From assembly GCA_038078835.1 (NCBI GenBank), contig JBBTQI010000002.1, positions 1-59,323 on the forward strand: a stretch of DNA of 59,323 bases. The letters are read 5' to 3'. The stretch is from Patescibacteria group bacterium. GTDB lineage: Bacteria > Patescibacteriota > UBA1384 > XYA2-FULL-43-10 > 1-14-0-10-43-13. A program made the translations under genes and the position numbers. Shown one piece after another: positions 19,629 through 29,005 of this stretch. A model generated the notes under the pieces. That model searched no databases and had not been told where the DNA came from. It worked only from the letters and a program-made list of their open reading frames with translations. Position 1 is the stretch's first letter. The number at the start of each line of letters is the position of its first letter.

Positions 19629-20045
19629 ATGATGCGTATTGGGGTAATCGGCAGTATGCAATATACCGAAAAGATGCTGGAGGTCAGGGACACCCTGGCC
19701 GGTTTGGGTCACGACTCATTTATGACAACCTTACACAAGGCATTCATTGGAAAAAATGATGACGAAAAGGAGCAGATCAAGATTCACCAGAAAAATAATC
19801 TAGACGCTATCAGGGAATTCTGGAGATTGATGCAGGGGGCGGATGCCGTTTTGGTACTCAATCTTGATAAACACGGCATTAAAAATTATATTGGCGGCAA
19901 CACTTTAATGGAGATCGGTTTTGCCCATGTTCTCAACCAAAAGATATTTCTCTACAATCCCATCCCGGACATCCCCTACTACAAAACGGAGATTGAATCG
20001 GTCAAGCCAATCGTCATCAATGGCGACCTATTAAAAATAAATTAA
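19629..20045 (+). CDS. Nucleoside 2-deoxyribosyltransferase-like protein
   Basis: Rossmann-like MRIGVIGS start and GGNTLMEIGFA (catalytic Glu context). AAGGAGG RBS. Family call is tentative. Confidence 0.45.
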   Translation: MMRIGVIGSMQYTEKMLEVRDTLAGLGHDSFMTTLHKAFIGKNDDEKEQIKIHQKNNLDAIREFWRLMQGADAVLVLNLDKHGIKNYIGGNTLMEIGFAHVLNQKIFLYNPIPDIPYYKTEIESVKPIVINGDLLKIN

Positions 20046-20079
20046 ACTTTGGTGTAATCTCTTTCCTGAGTTCAGCGCA

Positions 20080-20108
20080 TTGCCCTTTTGGCGGTACTCC
20101 GATATAAT
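20080..20108 (+). promoter_or_regulatory. Sigma70-type promoter for gpmI
   Basis: TTGCCC (20080..20085), 17-nt spacer, TATAAT (20103..20108). Confidence 0.5.
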
Positions 20109-20150
20109 TTGGAACGGAAACATCAATACATTATTATTGAGGGCAAAGAC

Positions 20151-21722
20151 GTGAAGGGAAAGAGTAAGGCGCTCCTGATTATTTTAGACGGCTGGGGCTT
20201 GTCGCCGGTGGAAAAAGGCAACGCACCTTTTTTGGCCAAGACCCCGACTCTTGGTTACATCTACTCCGCTTATCCCAAAACCTCTCTCTCGGCCTCCGGT
20301 TTGGAGGTTGGCCTAAGTCCGGGCGAGCCGGGGAATTCCGAGGTGGGGCACATGAACCTGGGTTCCGGCCGTGTCGTCTGGGAGAAGTTACCACTTATCA
20401 ATCAATCAATTGACAGCAAAGAGTTTTACCGCAATCCGGTTTTTCTTCAAGCGATTGATTACGCCAAGCGCCACAAATCAAAACTCCATCTCGTTGGTTT
20501 GGTCTCTGATGGCGGAGTGCACTCCCATATTCGCCATCTTCTTACACTGGTTGACTTGGCGGCGCAACAGAACTTGAAGGATATTCTGATCCATTTTATC
20601 ACCGACGGTCGCGACACTGCGCCCAAGCAGGCCTTGAGCTTTGTCGATCAGCTTGAAGCCAACTTTAAATACTTGGGTGTCGGGCAGATTGCCACTGTCA
20701 TTGGCCGCTATTTTGCTATGGATCGAGATAAGAATTGGGATCGAACCAAAAAAGCGTATGAACTTTTAACTCAAAACACCGGTCAGCATTATCCCGGCGC
20801 CGCAGAGGCAATAAGCCGGCAGTATGCGTCAAAAAAGACCGATGAGTTCTTGGAGCCGGCGGTTATTGGCGAAGGGGGAGTGATCGGCGACAATGATGCC
20901 GTTATTTTTCTCAATTTTCGGAGTGACCGGATGCATCAGATCACCGATGCTTTTACCTTAGCTGAGGGTTTTGCCCACCACTTTCCGCAGGAACTTTTTT
21001 TAGCGACAATGATGCCTTATCGCAAAAACCAATCTGCTCCGGCGGTTTTTCCCAAGGAGGAGCTTGCTGGTGTTCTAGCCGAGGTTTTGGCCCGGGCGGG
21101 GTTGAGGCAATATCATGTTGCCGAAACGGAAAAGTACGCTCATGTAACCTACTTTTTTAACGGCGGCAGGGAGGGTAAACACGAGGGCGAGGCGCAGGTG
21201 TTGGTGCCGTCAAAAAAGGTCGCAACCTATGATCAGGCGCCGGCAATGTCGGCGGCCAAGGTAACAGCCAAGGTTAAAGAGGCAATTTTGGCAGAGTATG
21301 ATTTCATTGTCGTGAATTATGCCAACGGTGATATGGTTGGCCACACCGGGCAGCTTCCGGCGGCGATTACGGCGTGCGAAGTGGTTGATGCCAGCCTGGC
21401 CGAGGTTCTGGCCGAGGCCAGCGCCAAGGAGTACAAGGTTATTATTACCGCCGATCATGGCAATTGCGAGACGATGATTGATGAAGCGACGGGCGGACCA
21501 AACAAGGAGCACACCGCCAACCCCGTCCCCTTTATCTTTCTTGATTTTGCCGCCCAGCCTCTCTCTAGTCAAAAATTTGATTTTAGCAAAGAGGACTATT
21601 TTTCGTATGCAGGCGGGTCTCCTGTGGGAATTTTGGCCGATGTTGCTCCGTCTATCCTGGTAATTTTGGGCATAGCAATGCCCGGCGAGATGGCCGGTAT
21701 GGATTTGACCGCCGTCCTATGA
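20151..21722 (+). CDS. gpmI: 2,3-bisphosphoglycerate-independent phosphoglycerate mutase
   Basis: LIILDGWG, NSEVGHMNLG and ADHGN motifs. I prefer the GTG at 20151 after GAGGG because the promoter lies downstream of the tabulated TTG at 20088. Confidence 0.9.
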   Translation: MKGKSKALLIILDGWGLSPVEKGNAPFLAKTPTLGYIYSAYPKTSLSASGLEVGLSPGEPGNSEVGHMNLGSGRVVWEKLPLINQSIDSKEFYRNPVFLQAIDYAKRHKSKLHLVGLVSDGGVHSHIRHLLTLVDLAAQQNLKDILIHFITDGRDTAPKQALSFVDQLEANFKYLGVGQIATVIGRYFAMDRDKNWDRTKKAYELLTQNTGQHYPGAAEAISRQYASKKTDEFLEPAVIGEGGVIGDNDAVIFLNFRSDRMHQITDAFTLAEGFAHHFPQELFLATMMPYRKNQSAPAVFPKEELAGVLAEVLARAGLRQYHVAETEKYAHVTYFFNGGREGKHEGEAQVLVPSKKVATYDQAPAMSAAKVTAKVKEAILAEYDFIVVNYANGDMVGHTGQLPAAITACEVVDASLAEVLAEASAKEYKVIITADHGNCETMIDEATGGPNKEHTANPVPFIFLDFAAQPLSSQKFDFSKEDYFSYAGGSPVGILADVAPSILVILGIAMPGEMAGMDLTAVL

Positions 21723-21774
21723 TAAGATAAAAAATATCGTTGGTGTCCTGACAATAATTTGCATCTATTTAGAT

Positions 21775-22551
21775 ATGTCAAACACGACCGCCGTTCTGGC
21801 GGAAAAAACGTCAGCCCAAACAAACACAAACACGCCGAGCGCAAAGGGAACCGAACCGGAAGATGCGACGGTGATTGAATTCTCTTGTGTCTCTCGGATA
21901 TACTCCGGCAATGTCCGGGCGGTTGTCGATGTCTCTTTTAAAATCAGTTTGGGGGAATTCATCTCCATTGTCGGACCCTCCGGGGCGGGCAAGTCGACAC
22001 TGGTTAAACTCTTAACTTGCGAAGAACCGCCGACAAGCGGCCATATTTACGTTGCCGGTCGCGATATCACTAAACTAAAGAAGAGAGAGTTGCCCTTCTA
22101 TCGCCGTAAAGTTGGCGTCATCTTTCAGGATTTTAAGTTACTGCCCCACAAGACCGTTTTTGAAAATATTGCTTTTGCCCTAGAGGTGTCGGACAGTTCC
22201 AATGAGGAGATTAGGGAGCGAGTACCCAAGATTATCGAGCTGGTCGGACTGACATCTCGGGCCAAGGCAATGACTGAGGAGCTCTCCGGCGGTGAGAGAC
22301 AGCGCGTTTCCATTGCCCGCGCCCTGGTTCATCAGCCCAAACTTCTTATTGCCGATGAGCCGACCGGCAATCTTGATCCGGTGACGACCTGGGAGATTGT
22401 CGAACTTCTCTTCAAAATCAACAAACAGGGCACGATTGTTTTGCTGGCCACTCATGACAAGGAGGTGGTTGATACGCTGGAGCGGCGCGTCATCTCGATG
22501 AAGGAGGGCAAGGTTGTCTCCGACCAGGAGAAGGGGAAATACCTTCTTTAA
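21775..22551 (+). CDS. ftsE: Cell division ATP-binding protein FtsE
   Basis: Walker A GPSGAGKST, signature LSGGERQR, Walker B LLIADEPT. The start is uncertain and may be the GTG near 21871 (VIEFSCVSRIY). Confidence 0.9.
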   Translation: MSNTTAVLAEKTSAQTNTNTPSAKGTEPEDATVIEFSCVSRIYSGNVRAVVDVSFKISLGEFISIVGPSGAGKSTLVKLLTCEEPPTSGHIYVAGRDITKLKKRELPFYRRKVGVIFQDFKLLPHKTVFENIAFALEVSDSSNEEIRERVPKIIELVGLTSRAKAMTEELSGGERQRVSIARALVHQPKLLIADEPTGNLDPVTTWEIVELLFKINKQGTIVLLATHDKEVVDTLERRVISMKEGKVVSDQEKGKYLL

Positions 22552-22562
22552 GTCAAATGTCT

Positions 22563-22681
22563 CAGCCAAAGGCTAATCAGCCTGTGGCTGAAAATGTCAA
22601 ATACCAATCATCAGGACAGTAAAGCTAGTAAAGCACATAAATACTTTACATGCTTTACTGCCTTACCGGCTTTACTAGCTT
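22563..22681. repeat. GTAAAGC/GCTTTAC word spacer between ftsE and ftsX
   Basis: AAGCTAGTAAAGC (22622..22634) pairs with GCTTTACTAGCTT (22669..22681). There are further GTAAAG/CTTTAC copies and a CAGCC..GGCTG hairpin at 22563..22590. Confidence 0.75.
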
Positions 22682-22703
22682 GGCATTAGAGACTTAGATT
22701 GTT

Positions 22704-23612
22704 ATGAAACTAATTTCTCTTTATCGAATTTGCAAAACCGCCCTTGTCTCGCTTTGGCGGAACCGCTGGCTCTCTCTGGCCGCAACTTTAATTATGGTTT
22801 TGACGCTGATAACGATCTCCTTCTTTGTGACCTTAATTTTTGTGACCAATCAGACAACAAAAACACTCAAGGAGAAGGTAGACATGTCGGTTTATTTTGA
22901 GGACACGGCTTCCAAGGATCAAATTTTTGCGATTCAAAACCTTCTTCTCTCTCGCACTGACATTAAGAGCGTCGAGTACGTTTCCAAGGAGAAGGCCCTC
23001 GAACTTTGGCGAGCGCGCAATCGGGACAATGATCGGATCAGAGATATTATTTCCGAGACCGACAACCCTCTGCCGCGCAGCCTGGAGGTCAAAACGGGGC
23101 GGCCGGAGGATTTGGGGCAGATTAACAATCTTCTTAATTCGGCCGACTACAAGCCTCTGATTAAGCGCATCAGTTACGAAAAGAACAAGGACCTAATTAA
23201 TCGTTTGGTCCGCATCGCCAACTTTACCCGGATTGTCGGCTGGACGCTATCGACGGTTTTTATGCTGATCGCTTTGCTCATTATCTTTAACACGATCCGT
23301 CTGACCATTTTTGCCCGGAGGGAGGAGATCGAGATCATGAAGCTGGTTGGGGCGTCCGATTGGTACGTTCGCGGCCCCTTTATTCTCGAAGGTGTGAGCT
23401 ATGGTTTTGTCGGGGCGGCGGTTTCGGCCGTCTTCTACTTCTTTATCTACCGGCTGGTTATACCGGACATTGAATCCTATCTGGGCCTGACCGGCATTTC
23501 GGCAAGTTATCTCGGGTTAAGTATTTATCTTATAATTTTAATGCAATTTGTGATCGGTTTTTTTCTGGGCGCCAGCTGTTCGGTTGCGGCAATTAAAAAG
23601 CATCTGAAATAA
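22704..23612 (+). CDS. ftsX: Cell division permease FtsX
   Basis: Four-TM topology with a large first loop, and MKLVGASDWYVRGPF motif. Confidence 0.85.
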   Translation: MKLISLYRICKTALVSLWRNRWLSLAATLIMVLTLITISFFVTLIFVTNQTTKTLKEKVDMSVYFEDTASKDQIFAIQNLLLSRTDIKSVEYVSKEKALELWRARNRDNDRIRDIISETDNPLPRSLEVKTGRPEDLGQINNLLNSADYKPLIKRISYEKNKDLINRLVRIANFTRIVGWTLSTVFMLIALLIIFNTIRLTIFARREEIEIMKLVGASDWYVRGPFILEGVSYGFVGAAVSAVFYFFIYRLVIPDIESYLGLTGISASYLGLSIYLIILMQFVIGFFLGASCSVAAIKKHLK

Positions 23613-23661
23613 TCATAAAAGCCGTGTTATAATATGATCGATTAGCGGAAGAGGGGCGAAT

Positions 23662-24840
23662 ATGAGAAGGAGTGATCTCCTGTTTAAGATCAAAAGGGTG
23701 ACAGTGGTGGCGGCGGCCGGCTTGGCTCTTTTTTTGTTGCCGCTTGCCACCTCTCTGGCCGCTTCTCTTGATGACTACTACCGTGACCGCGACTACTACT
23801 CCAATCTGGCGGATGAGGCGCGGAAAGAGAGAAACAAAAAGGAACAGGACGCGGCTGAGGTTAAGGGTCAGATTAATAGAGTTAACTCTCAAATTAGGGA
23901 GACCGAGAATGCCCTGGATCGGACCGAGAGCGAGATCGGCCAAACAGAGCAGGAGATTGCCGGTCTTCTTGATCGCATCAAGCAGGAGGAGACCAATTTA
24001 AAAAACGAGAACGAGAAGCTGGGCCAAGTTGTTTCGTCCTGGTATATGGAGAGCGACGACGGTCTTTTGGAAGCGGTGGTCGGCTCAGAGAGCATCTCCG
24101 ATATGATTACGCGCCGTGAATACTATGACTCTGTTCGCCAGCAGATCGAGGTTAAAATGGACCAGATCGAGGAGATAAAGCGTCAGTTTGGTGAAAATAA
24201 GTCTGAAAAAGACCGTCAGCGAGTTGCTCTTGGTGATTTACGGGCAAGCCAGGCCAACCAAAAAGGGACGCTTGAGGAACAGCGCTGGGTGAAGCATCGT
24301 CTTTTGACTGATACTCAAAAAATAATCGTTGAATTGAGGGAGGAGGAGAAGCAGGCGGCTCAGTTAGAGCAGCAGGCGCTATCGGCAATTGCTCGAATCA
24401 TCACCTCGCGGCGAAAGACGTGGTGGGCCGAGAAGGGCAAGGGTCAGCGGGTAAATGCCGGCGATGTAATCGGCACAATGGGTTCGACCGGCAAGTCAAC
24501 TGGCGCCCATCTTCACTTTGAGGTGAGAACCGCGGAGGGCGAAGTGGTTAATCCGGCGAATTATATCGGATCAACTTTCTCTTGGCCGGCGGACTCCCGG
24601 CGAATTACTCAGGAGTTTGGTATGACTAGTTATGCTCAGGCCGGGGCTTATGGCGGCAATATTCACTCCGGATTGGATATCGGCGCTGTTGAGCTGGGAG
24701 TGTGGGGTGACCCCATTTATGCCGCCGGACCGGGCGAGATTGTTTATAAAGATTGGCAGGGCGCTTACGGTTATGCCGTTGTCGTTCTCCACGATAATGG
24801 TATGATCACTCTCTATGCGCATTTGGGGAGTACGAGTTAA
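23662..24840 (+). CDS. Coiled-coil M23 family metallopeptidase (EnvC-like) with permuted motif order
   Basis: Signal/TM segment, a long coiled coil, HLHFEV (24508..24522) located upstream of HSGLD (24664..24678). Confidence 0.8.
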   Translation: MRRSDLLFKIKRVTVVAAAGLALFLLPLATSLAASLDDYYRDRDYYSNLADEARKERNKKEQDAAEVKGQINRVNSQIRETENALDRTESEIGQTEQEIAGLLDRIKQEETNLKNENEKLGQVVSSWYMESDDGLLEAVVGSESISDMITRREYYDSVRQQIEVKMDQIEEIKRQFGENKSEKDRQRVALGDLRASQANQKGTLEEQRWVKHRLLTDTQKIIVELREEEKQAAQLEQQALSAIARIITSRRKTWWAEKGKGQRVNAGDVIGTMGSTGKSTGAHLHFEVRTAEGEVVNPANYIGSTFSWPADSRRITQEFGMTSYAQAGAYGGNIHSGLDIGAVELGVWGDPIYAAGPGEIVYKDWQGAYGYAVVVLHDNGMITLYAHLGSTS

Positions 24841-24942
24841 ATGTCAGAGTCAATCCTAAACCCTTAAAGCTTCTTATATATACCGTGAACCCGGAAACCT
24901 GAAGCTAAGTTCGCGGTATATAGCTTTGGTATTATCGGGGCT

Positions 24943-24970
24943 TTGTTCTGAAACCAGGTTCCGCTATAAT
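24943..24970 (+). promoter_or_regulatory. Sigma70-type promoter abutting the ctp start codon
   Basis: TTGTTC (24943..24948), 16-nt spacer, TATAAT (24965..24970). The GTG start is at 24978. Confidence 0.4.
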
Positions 24971-24977
24971 AGTTAAT

Positions 24978-26204
24978 GTGAATACAGAGGAAGTTGCGAG
25001 AAAAAATAAACAGCGACAACTCGCCCGGAATTTAGCAGTTGTCATTTTTGGCATAGTGATTGCCTATTCCTCTTTTTGGGTTGGCTATTTAACCGGACGC
25101 GACAGGGCACTGGTAACCAAGTTGGGTGAACGCGTTATCAACACGGAGACGGGGAGACCGAAGGAGGTGGATTTTGCGCGCTATTGGGAAGCTTGGAGCA
25201 AGCTCAACGAAAAAGCAATTACCTCGGTTCCGGCCGAAAAGATGATCCAAGGTTCTATTGCCGGCCTGGCGGCATCACTGGGCGATCCCTATACCGTTTT
25301 TTTTACTCCCGAGGAAAACAAACGGTTTCGGGAGGATATCTCGGGAGAATTTAGCGGGATTGGTGTTGAGATAATTGAAAAAAGCGGCTTGCCCGTTATT
25401 GTTGCGCCGTTGGCCGACTCGCCGGCGGAGAGATCCGGACTTAAGGCCGGCGATATCATTGTGGCGGTGGATGATGCTAAGACCGACACAATCAGTCTCG
25501 ATGAGACCATTAACCGGATTAGGGGTGACAAGGGAAAGCCCGTCAAGATAAAAATCTCAAGAGCCAGCGAAACGCTTGACTTTGAGGTGACAAGGGAAAC
25601 AATTACCGTCAAAAGTGTCTCGATGGAAACCAGGGAGAGCGGCGGCAATAAATATGCCGTGATTAAGATTCGCCAGTTTGGCGATGACACCGACCGGCTC
25701 TTTGGCGAGATCGTTAGTCAGATACAGGCTAGCCGTCCGAAGGGGATCGTTCTGGACTTGCGCAATAACCCCGGCGGATATCTGGAGGGAGCGGTTGACT
25801 TAGCCGGTAATTTTTTGGATGGCGGTGTGGTAGTTATTGAAAAGGGCAAGGATAAAAAAAACAAAGAGTACAAAACAGCCAATCGCCCCAAACTAAAAGG
25901 CTACAAACTGGCTGTTCTGGTTAACAAGGGTTCCGCTTCGGCCTCGGAGATTTTTGCCGGCGCGATCCAGGATCGCGGCGCCGGCCGGATCATCGGCGAG
26001 AAAACTTTCGGCAAGGGTAGTGTCCAGGAGGTTGTCGATCTTTCCGACGGATCATCAATTAAAGTAACGGTCGCAAGCTGGTTTACGCCTCATGGCCGAC
26101 AGATTAATGACGAGGGTATTGCGCCGGATATCGAATCAAGTGATGACGGCAACACGCCGGAAGATGAGGTCTTAGAGCGAGGCCTGGAGTATTTAGGAAA
26201 TTAG
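24978..26204 (+). CDS. ctpA: Carboxy-terminal processing protease (S41) with PDZ domain
   Basis: PDZ segment (GLKAGDIIVAVDD), catalytic region GSASASEIFAGA, and DLRNNPGG. Confidence 0.85.
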   Translation: MNTEEVARKNKQRQLARNLAVVIFGIVIAYSSFWVGYLTGRDRALVTKLGERVINTETGRPKEVDFARYWEAWSKLNEKAITSVPAEKMIQGSIAGLAASLGDPYTVFFTPEENKRFREDISGEFSGIGVEIIEKSGLPVIVAPLADSPAERSGLKAGDIIVAVDDAKTDTISLDETINRIRGDKGKPVKIKISRASETLDFEVTRETITVKSVSMETRESGGNKYAVIKIRQFGDDTDRLFGEIVSQIQASRPKGIVLDLRNNPGGYLEGAVDLAGNFLDGGVVVIEKGKDKKNKEYKTANRPKLKGYKLAVLVNKGSASASEIFAGAIQDRGAGRIIGEKTFGKGSVQEVVDLSDGSSIKVTVASWFTPHGRQINDEGIAPDIESSDDGNTPEDEVLERGLEYLGN

Positions 26205-26228
26205 AAGACGGGATAACTCGGAGGGAAG

Positions 26229-28406
26229 ATGCCGGACGATGTGCTGGCAAATCAAAGTCAGACCGGTGACAGTGCCGGACAAGCCGTCGCCAAACCGCCG
26301 GCGAGTCCGTGGGAGGAGATTTTAGAGTCAGATGAGACTCCCAATCGAAGAGGACCAACCATTATTGGTTCTCTTGACGGTGCAGTTGTGGCGCCGCCGC
26401 AAAACCAGGTCGCACCCCTGTCTCTGCCGCAAGACATTGAGGAGAAGGTTGGGCAGAAGGTGCCGGCTGAAAATCTTGTTGAGGCTCAGCCGGCGGGCGA
26501 TCAGGCCGGCGGGTTGCCGCACCCGCCGCGCGAGCTGGAGATAGCCGGTCAATCCGGGTCGGGCCTCAACCCGAGTGAGGGCAAGGTCGTTTCCTTTGCG
26601 ACGGATATTAAAAAACCGTCTGCTTTGCCGCCAAAAACACCTCCGGTTTCACCATCTTTGCCGCCAGCTTCTTCTTCGCCGGTCTCATCTCCGGCAGTCC
26701 CGCCTCCTTCGGTGCCGGTTCAGCCTATCGCTTCGCCTCCTCGGGTTCCGGCCGTTCCTGCCGCTCCGCCGCCGACAACCGCGCCGGAGAAGCGACTCGG
26801 CCTGGTCGGTACTTTGCGCAACCGGATGCGACCGTCAGCCGCACCTGCCCCGAATCCGCCGCCGACAACCGTTGATGATTATGTCAAAGCTCAGATTGAT
26901 CAGAAACCGCTCTCAGTGCAAGCTAAGGCGCCGCTAAACCAAACCGGGCGACCTTTTTGGCACTCGGCGCCAATATTGATGGCCGGCGGTTTTATCGGTC
27001 TCATCGCAATTATTATCTTTTTGACGGAATTGGGTTTCTTCTCGCTTGGCCTAGAGAAGGCCTATGGCGCTGTCGGTCTGGAGCGGCTCTGGGGCGGTTT
27101 GCCCAAAAATATTACCTCCGCCATTTTGCTCTCGGCGAGCGAGATGGGTGCCGAGCCCAACTTTAAGGTCCAAGGCGAGATTAATCTTACGGTTGATAAA
27201 TCAAAAAAATCACCCATCACCTCACCCCTGGTGGCACTGGACCAGACCGGGGGTAATGTTCTGGTTCGTTCTGCCAACATTATCGCGGCGAGCTCGCGCT
27301 TGGCGGCTGATTACGATTACAGTGATTTTCTGGAGAGTGATTACTCCGAGGATGATTACTATCTGGACGAGGAGAGCGATGCCGAAACAGAGATCGAGGA
27401 AGAGGAGATCGAGAGCACCCCAAGCGCCAGCAATCAGGAGCAATATCCAAGTTATCAGCCATCGGGTACCGCCGCCAAAGAGATTAACTCAACTCTCTCG
27501 GCTAATTTTGGCCGGGAGGGGAGCGAGGCTGCGATTAAGGTCAAGCGCGTGACCGGAGATGATGAGATTTTGCTTCGGACAATGAACGACAAACTGTGGG
27601 TGAAGAGCCCAAGCCGGCTAAAGTTTAACGAAGAGGCAACGCCGAATGATTGGTCCGAGTATACTCTGGTTTCGCTCCAGAACAAATTGCTCCAACACGA
27701 TTTCTTTACTCTCAGTGACGATGACGGTTTCTCTGTGGTGGGCCGGCGTGTTGCCAACGAGCGTCTTGGCGAGGAGCGTGCTTACCGTTACAGCCTGGAG
27801 AGTTTGGAGATCGGCGGCGCTCTGGATGATCTGGGTCTTGATTCCGATATGATTCAGAGCGTTAGCGGTGATATCTGGATCGGTATTCGTGATAAACGAA
27901 TCAAGCGGGTCAATCTGGCCATCATCACCTCACCGGCCGCCGCCGTGACTCAAATCGTGGCTAATCTTGATTTTTCCGACTACGGTGGAGTAAATTCAAT
28001 ATTGAAGCCGGATGCCGGCGCAATCGTGATACCGGGTGTCAAAGCGACGCCAACCGGCACCGCCGCCGGAGCGGCACCGCCGCCGGTGGTTACCGGAGAC
28101 GTAAAGCGGAAGAGCGATTTGGCCTCAATCAAGAGTGCCCTGGCCGATTATAAGCAGGCAAAGGGCAGTTACCCCGTTGCCGCAACATTGCTCAAGCTTA
28201 ATGCCGGCGGCAATGCCTTGGAGGTAAAATTAGTACCGACATATCTGGCCGCTCTGCCAAGGGACAGCAAGGAAGCTGAGGGCTGGTTTTACGGCTATAA
28301 GTCTGATGGCCGGACATATTCTCTCTCGGCCCGGCTTGAGGATGTATCCGACCCCGAAGGTCAGAGTGCCGGCGGAGTTTATCTTTATTATTTGAAGGAT
28401 GAGTAG
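26229..28406 (+). CDS. Large Pro-rich membrane protein with C-terminal pseudopilin-like domain
   Basis: Pro/Ser-rich N-terminus, one TM segment, and a C-terminal KRKSDLASIKSALADYKQAKGSYP pattern typical of GspG/pilin-like globular domains. Confidence 0.6.
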   Translation: MPDDVLANQSQTGDSAGQAVAKPPASPWEEILESDETPNRRGPTIIGSLDGAVVAPPQNQVAPLSLPQDIEEKVGQKVPAENLVEAQPAGDQAGGLPHPPRELEIAGQSGSGLNPSEGKVVSFATDIKKPSALPPKTPPVSPSLPPASSSPVSSPAVPPPSVPVQPIASPPRVPAVPAAPPPTTAPEKRLGLVGTLRNRMRPSAAPAPNPPPTTVDDYVKAQIDQKPLSVQAKAPLNQTGRPFWHSAPILMAGGFIGLIAIIIFLTELGFFSLGLEKAYGAVGLERLWGGLPKNITSAILLSASEMGAEPNFKVQGEINLTVDKSKKSPITSPLVALDQTGGNVLVRSANIIAASSRLAADYDYSDFLESDYSEDDYYLDEESDAETEIEEEEIESTPSASNQEQYPSYQPSGTAAKEINSTLSANFGREGSEAAIKVKRVTGDDEILLRTMNDKLWVKSPSRLKFNEEATPNDWSEYTLVSLQNKLLQHDFFTLSDDDGFSVVGRRVANERLGEERAYRYSLESLEIGGALDDLGLDSDMIQSVSGDIWIGIRDKRIKRVNLAIITSPAAAVTQIVANLDFSDYGGVNSILKPDAGAIVIPGVKATPTGTAAGAAPPPVVTGDVKRKSDLASIKSALADYKQAKGSYPVAATLLKLNAGGNALEVKLVPTYLAALPRDSKEAEGWFYGYKSDGRTYSLSARLEDVSDPEGQSAGGVYLYYLKDE

Positions 28407-28442
28407 GGGAATCGCCTTACGAATTTTTAGGAAAGGAGTTGT

Positions 28443-28997
28443 ATGATTATGTGGATTGTATTGGGCGCGGTTGCGGCGCCGGCGCTGTGGTTGATTTATG
28501 CTTACAATCACCTGGTGCGCTTGAGGGTGCGGACCGACGAAGCCTGGAGCGACATTGATGTCCAGCTCAAGCGCCGCTACGACCTTATTCCCAACTTGAT
28601 CGAGACGGTTAGGGGTTACGCTAAGCATGAGAAGGAGGTCTTTGAGAAGGTGACCGAGGCGCGGACTCGAGCTCTTGGAGCCAAGGGAGTCGAGGATAAG
28701 GCTCAAGCGGAAAATCAGTTGGCTGGAGCTCTAAAATCGATTTTCGCGGTGGCGGAGGCTTATCCGGATCTTAAGGCTAATGCCAACTTCCTTGAGCTTC
28801 AGCGCGAGCTGACCGATACGGAGGATAAAATTCAGGCGTCCCGCCGTTTTTATAATGCCAATGTTCGGGATATGAATATCGCCGTCCAGAGTTTCCCGAC
28901 TAACATTATCGCCAATATGCTTGGCTTTAAGGAGCGTGAACTTTTTGAACTTAAAGAAGAAGCGGCCAAAGAGCCGGTGAAGGTTAAATTTGATTAA
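28443..28997 (+). CDS. lemA: LemA family protein
   Basis: TM segment plus YNHLVRLRVRTDEAWSDIDVQLKRRYDLIPNLIETVRGYAKHE. Confidence 0.85.
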   Translation: MIMWIVLGAVAAPALWLIYAYNHLVRLRVRTDEAWSDIDVQLKRRYDLIPNLIETVRGYAKHEKEVFEKVTEARTRALGAKGVEDKAQAENQLAGALKSIFAVAEAYPDLKANANFLELQRELTDTEDKIQASRRFYNANVRDMNIAVQSFPTNIIANMLGFKERELFELKEEAAKEPVKVKFD

Positions 28998-29005
28998 GAG
29001 GTAAT

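Noticed and set aside
26328-27757. Alternative-frame ORFs within the 725-aa Pro-rich gene (for example 26575..26937 +, 27064..27552 +)
   Set aside because: They are Arg/Leu-rich frame shadows of a compositionally biased gene. The main frame carries the TM segment and the pilin-like C-terminal domain.
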